From the human T2T-CHM13v2.0 reference genome, Homo sapiens, in NCBI RefSeq assembly GCF_009914755.1, contig NC_060928.1: DNA of 64,000 bases, one strand, 5' to 3'. Shown one piece after another: positions 59,999-64,000 of this stretch. The position numbers were made by a program, and so were the translations under genes. Numbering within the stretch: position 1 is the first letter of the stretch; each line of letters begins with the position of its first letter. Under the pieces are notes generated by a model. The model saw only the letters and a list, made by a program, of their open reading frames with translations, was not told where the DNA came from and did no database searches.

Positions 59999-60555
59999 GA
60001 GTAAAGAAGTTCATTCAGAGCTTACACAGATCATAAGAATACTTTAGATTATAACAGCTGGAAAGACCAATAGCTGACTGGAAAGAAGAAAGGAAGCAGT
60101 TTCTATTTTCAATGTAGAAAAAAAATCTAATCGCTACAAAGGTCTTGTAAAATCCTCAAAACAAGGTCTAGCCAAGTTTATTGTTTGGTAATTTTTTTCT
60201 TTTTTTAAGGGGAAAAAAAGCAAGATTTAATGTGAATACTACTGGTTACAACTAATATAACAGCTTGAAAAAATCATGACACAGAAGCATAAATATAATA
60301 TAAAAAGACAATTTTAAAATTGTATTGTAGGAATATAACTATAATAAGTGGAAAAGATACATTAAAACCATCAGTGTGTTACACTTGTTCAAAACAGAAC
60401 TCATAAGGCAGACCAAAACTGATGCAAGTTAAGGAAAATGGTCTGTTTTTAGGAAGCATGTCCAGACAGACACCACAAAGAAATGCCAACAGAGACTATG
60501 TGGTCCCCTCTTGTTACTAGTAATGTGTCAAAGGTGGAGTGACTGGGTTAACAGC
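59975..60555 (-). other. PAPSS1: PAPSS1 3' UTR (~580 nt; 3' end approximate)
   Basis: Non-repetitive, U-rich sequence on the minus strand between the stop codon and the distal AATAAA. Confidence 0.8.
60177..60182 (-). terminator. PAPSS1: Proximal candidate poly(A) signal AATAAA
   Basis: tttatt at 60177-60182, followed on the minus strand by CTTGGCTAGACCTTGTTTTGAGGATTTT. Confidence 0.45.
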
Positions 60556-60694
60556 CTAAGCTTTCTCCAAGGATTTGTAGTATTCTGTCAGCACGGTCCA
60601 AGCCTTGGGAGCCATGAAACCTTCAGGTGGTTTCTGGCCTTCTCGAGCAAGTTTGCGCATTCGTGTTCCTGAAATAAATTCAAAGTCTTCATGG
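60556..60694 (-). CDS. PAPSS1: Terminal coding exon of bifunctional PAPS synthase 1 (C-terminus of the ATP sulfurylase domain)
   Basis: The reverse complement reads polypyrimidine tract + AG (ttttcctctcctttag; AG at 60695-60696), then one base completing a split codon, then [49 protein letters not shown] recognise this as the human PAPSS1 C-terminus. It is absent from the ORF track because it is short and spliced. Confidence 0.96.
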
Positions 60695-60911
60695 CTAAAG
60701 GAGAGGAAAAAAAGAAAATTATTTCATAATTTTAGAAACTTAGATTTTTAAAAAGCATTTGTTCCTTCTGTTCATATTAGACAAACTTAATGAAAAAAAA
60801 ATACTGAACATAGTACTTGTGAATATAAATCTCATTTCAAATTTGTCACTGAACAAAAAACCACTATTGAATATTACCAATTTTTAGAACCAGAAAAAAA
60901 TTAGTTTTGAA

Positions 60912-61270
60912 ATTTTTATTGAGACCATTGTAGAGTCACATGAAATTGTAAGAAATAATATAGCCAGTCACCATTGTACCCTTTATCCAGTTTCCTCCCA
61001 AAGGTAACATCTTGCAAAATTATAGCATATCACAGCCAGGATTATCAGTGTGGAAACAATCTACCAATCTTACTCAGACTTTCCTAATTTACTTGTACTA
61101 ATTTCTCTTATGCACTTAATACTATACTACTTTATCACATGTGTAGGTTCATGTAGCTGTCACAGAACACTTCCAAAACCACACCCATCTCACGGGTTGC
61201 CCTTTTATAGTCATACCTGCATTGCCCCTCTGCCCTCTACTCCCCAGCTCCTGGCAACCACTAATCTAAA
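60912..61270 (-). mobile_element. L1MC-type 3' end fragment in the PAPSS1 intron
   Basis: ttgtaagaaataata, gtaccctttatccagtttcc, ggtaacatcttgcaaaa, cctggcaaccactaatct. Confidence 0.7.
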
Positions 61271-62074
61271 ACTAGATTTTTTTTTTTCAAGAAAACACTA
61301 AATCTAATTTAACTAGCATAAATTGAAAACTTTTAAAGAAGTTTCAATCTGAAAGGCTAAATTAATACTGGAATATTAAGAGTAAAATTGAATTTTTTTT
61401 CTTCTGGAACAGCAAGTAGCAATAATCAATACTACTTAATTGACAAGACACAACAGAGGTAGTGTTGATAGTTTTTCTCATCTTCACACATACAAAAACA
61501 CACAAAAGCCCTCAAACCAGTAAGCACAGAGCACGTATAGCTATGGCATATATTGCTTACCTTAAATTCATCCATCCTCGTCTCTCAAACATGGGAACCA
61601 ACCTAGATGGCCAACTAGGACTCAGCAAGCATTCAGAGTCGCTCAGGTCACCAGATCACGAGCCTGTTTACTTCTAGTTGGCAGTTCTATGTTCCTTCCT
61701 CTCTTCATTATTTATAGACTTAACCTGAAAACCTGGTGCAATCATAAACTACCAAGTGGCCCTGGCTTCTGGAGGTATGCCAAGTATGTTTTAACTAATA
61801 ATCACACTTCTACAAACCTAGAAGGAAATAATTAGAGGCAGACAAATATTATGCCTAAGACAGCTATATGAAAGTCATTTTACAACAGCAAAATACTATA
61901 AATAACCTAAAGGCCGAAAGATCCTAAATAAGTTACAGTATAGTCCTGAGTCGAATATTACATAGTCATTAAAGTACGGATGGGATAAGATGCTCATGAT
62001 GTGATTAATGATAAATAAAATAACCAGGACACAAAACTATATACAAACATTGCTATGAACTTATAGGTAAAACC

Positions 62075-62361
62075 TTAGGGAAGTAATTAGAATTAAATGA
62101 GGCCAAAAGGGTGGGCCCCCTATGATGGGATTAATCCCCTTATAAGAAAAGAAAGAGACAGGAGATTCTTGCTCTTTCCTCTACATAAGGACACAGCAAG
62201 AAGGCAGCCATCCACAACCAGGAAAAAGGGTCCTCACCAGACACCGCATCTGCTGGCACCTTGATCTTGGACTTCCCAACCTCTAGAACTGTGAGAAATA
62301 AATGTTTGTCATCTAAGCCTTCCAGGCTGTGGTATTTTTTATAGCAGCCTGAACTCAGACA
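62075..62361 (+). mobile_element. MLT1A-type LTR
   Basis: ggacacagcaagaaggcagcc, ctgctggcaccttgatcttggacttccc, ctagaactgtgagaaataaa. Confidence 0.82.
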
Positions 62362-62387
62362 AATATCACTGCTATTTTTAGAAAATA

Positions 62388-62414
62388 GAGAGAGAGAGAG
62401 AGAGAGTGTGTGTG
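62388..62414. repeat. (AG)n(TG)n compound microsatellite
   Basis: Directly visible. Confidence 0.85.
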
Positions 62415-64000
62415 CACATAAAGAAATATGCCCTATGTAGTCATTGTTGGGGTTAAAAAAAAAAGAAGAAATATGCCCAAATGTTAACAGTGGTTATTTC
62501 TAGGAAGTGGTCTTACAAGTGCTTTTTATTTTATTCATGTTTTCTGCAGTTTTCTACAATGATCATTTCATCAATTATCAATATTATCAAAATCAAATGA
62601 GAATGTCAATTATTATAATTTTATAATGAGTAAAAACTCATTTTAAAAATCTCTATCCAAAGTGATCATTCTGGCCTCATAACAATTATAATGGCTATTA
62701 ACACACCTGTAAATGACAGACATTAGCAGTAAAAAATACATCTGAATGGTGCTAGGGACACCAAATATATTCAATAAATATTAACTGACCAGTGATAAGG
62801 TGGTTTATTATCTAACTAGGAGCTCAGTAAATATTTGGTGAAATATGAAAGGATAAATAGGTACATGTAAAGGAAAATGTATTGGTTCAATATAGCACCA
62901 TTCATAGACCTTAATAAGTGACTTTATACTGTGGCAAAAAGGGGAATTTAGCTTTACTGAATACTGTGGTCAATTTGTGCTACTACTTTGTTTTTTGAAA
63001 GATATTTATTCAAATGTAACAAATTAAGAATGGGTCTTAGAAGTGGGTGGCAGAGGGTCATAAGACAAAAAACTAACATGCATTAAGATGGGATAGGAGT
63101 GTTGATATAAATAAGTGAACACATAAATACATAATATAAGAAATGTTAGTTACTGAAGTTTGGGCTACTTCTACATTCCCTTTTATCTAAATCTGGACTA
63201 TTCATATTAGAAGTTTCAGCATGCCCTTCATAATGATCTCATCAATAATCCTCTTCAGATCTGTCTTCTCTCTGACCTCACTCACCTCCACACTAGTCAG
63301 CTTTCCACCATCTTCCTTATCACAGTTCACTGAGTCTAGCTATGAGCTTGTGGGCTATCCACTCACTAGGGTGGGCTCTAGAACATGAAAGAAGTGTTAT
63401 GATTTCCTTAGTGATCTAGGTGGTATATCAAGCTTCTGGTTTCCTCTGTTTGATGTTTGTTATCTGTGTGCTCAATGACTCAACTGCTCACAGGGTTTAT
63501 ATGAGTCTTCAGCTTTTTTTTTTTTTTTTTCACCACCGGCCTCCAAGCATCTCCTGTACCTGACCTACCCCTCTGCCTGACCACTGCTGTCAGTTCTTAC
63601 AATCAACTTGACACTTGGTTCCCGGTCTAGTTCTACCTCTTAGATTCACTGTTAGCTCCAATTCTGGCCTTTCCAACTTCCCAGTGAGGAACCAGGATTT
63701 TAACAAATGTTCCACTCCCCTTTGAAACATGTCTAAGAGTTTTACTCTGGAATGCTATACATATATGATATGAATATAAACTAGTGTGACTCATTTAATC
63801 AGTCACAAGAAAAATCAATGTCAGTGTTTTATAATCTCATTTCTAACTATTAAGCAGAAAGGTACTACTACTTTAATTCAGATATGTGACATCCTCCCCT
63901 AGTCATCCTGTCTATTCTTCCTACTCCCTGCATTACCAGGAAGATAGACATACACATTCAACTCAGTATTTCAACTCTCATCTTCTTAGGTAAAACACAT

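Larger units (their letters stand above)
60695..64000 (-). other. PAPSS1: 3' part of the last PAPSS1 intron (continues beyond the window)
   Basis: Lies upstream of the acceptor on the minus strand. No further PAPSS1-like coding sequence seen; filled with old repeats. Confidence 0.8.

Overview
Primate, almost certainly human, genomic DNA: AT-rich, CpG-depleted and mostly decayed transposable elements. The only recognisable gene sequence is the terminal coding exon and 3' UTR of PAPSS1 on the minus strand (CDS 60556-60694, poly(A) signals at 60177 and 59993). Its last intron runs off the right edge, and the other ~60 kb is downstream intergenic sequence. Elements include a full-length dead L1PA8-type LINE with TSDs, a long L1MA fragment, six Alus plus an Alu fragment, a complete THE1A provirus, a MER61-type ERV1 provirus, solo LTRs (LTR1, MER57, MER34, MLT1, MST), a near full-length Tigger4 and other DNA-transposon relics, and a 1.3 kb TA-rich repeat. 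Family and subfamily names come from recalled consensus sequences, not a database search. I found no support for a new multi-gene biological system; the ORFs I could assign are TE remnants or low-complexity artefacts. The most unusual observations are mechanistic scars: a provirus lacking exactly its 5' LTR but keeping the TSD, a 3'-truncated U1 snRNA copy inside an L1, a 34-bp templated insertion, a short L1 3' transduction, and an old duplicated non-TE-looking module with a conserved splice donor.
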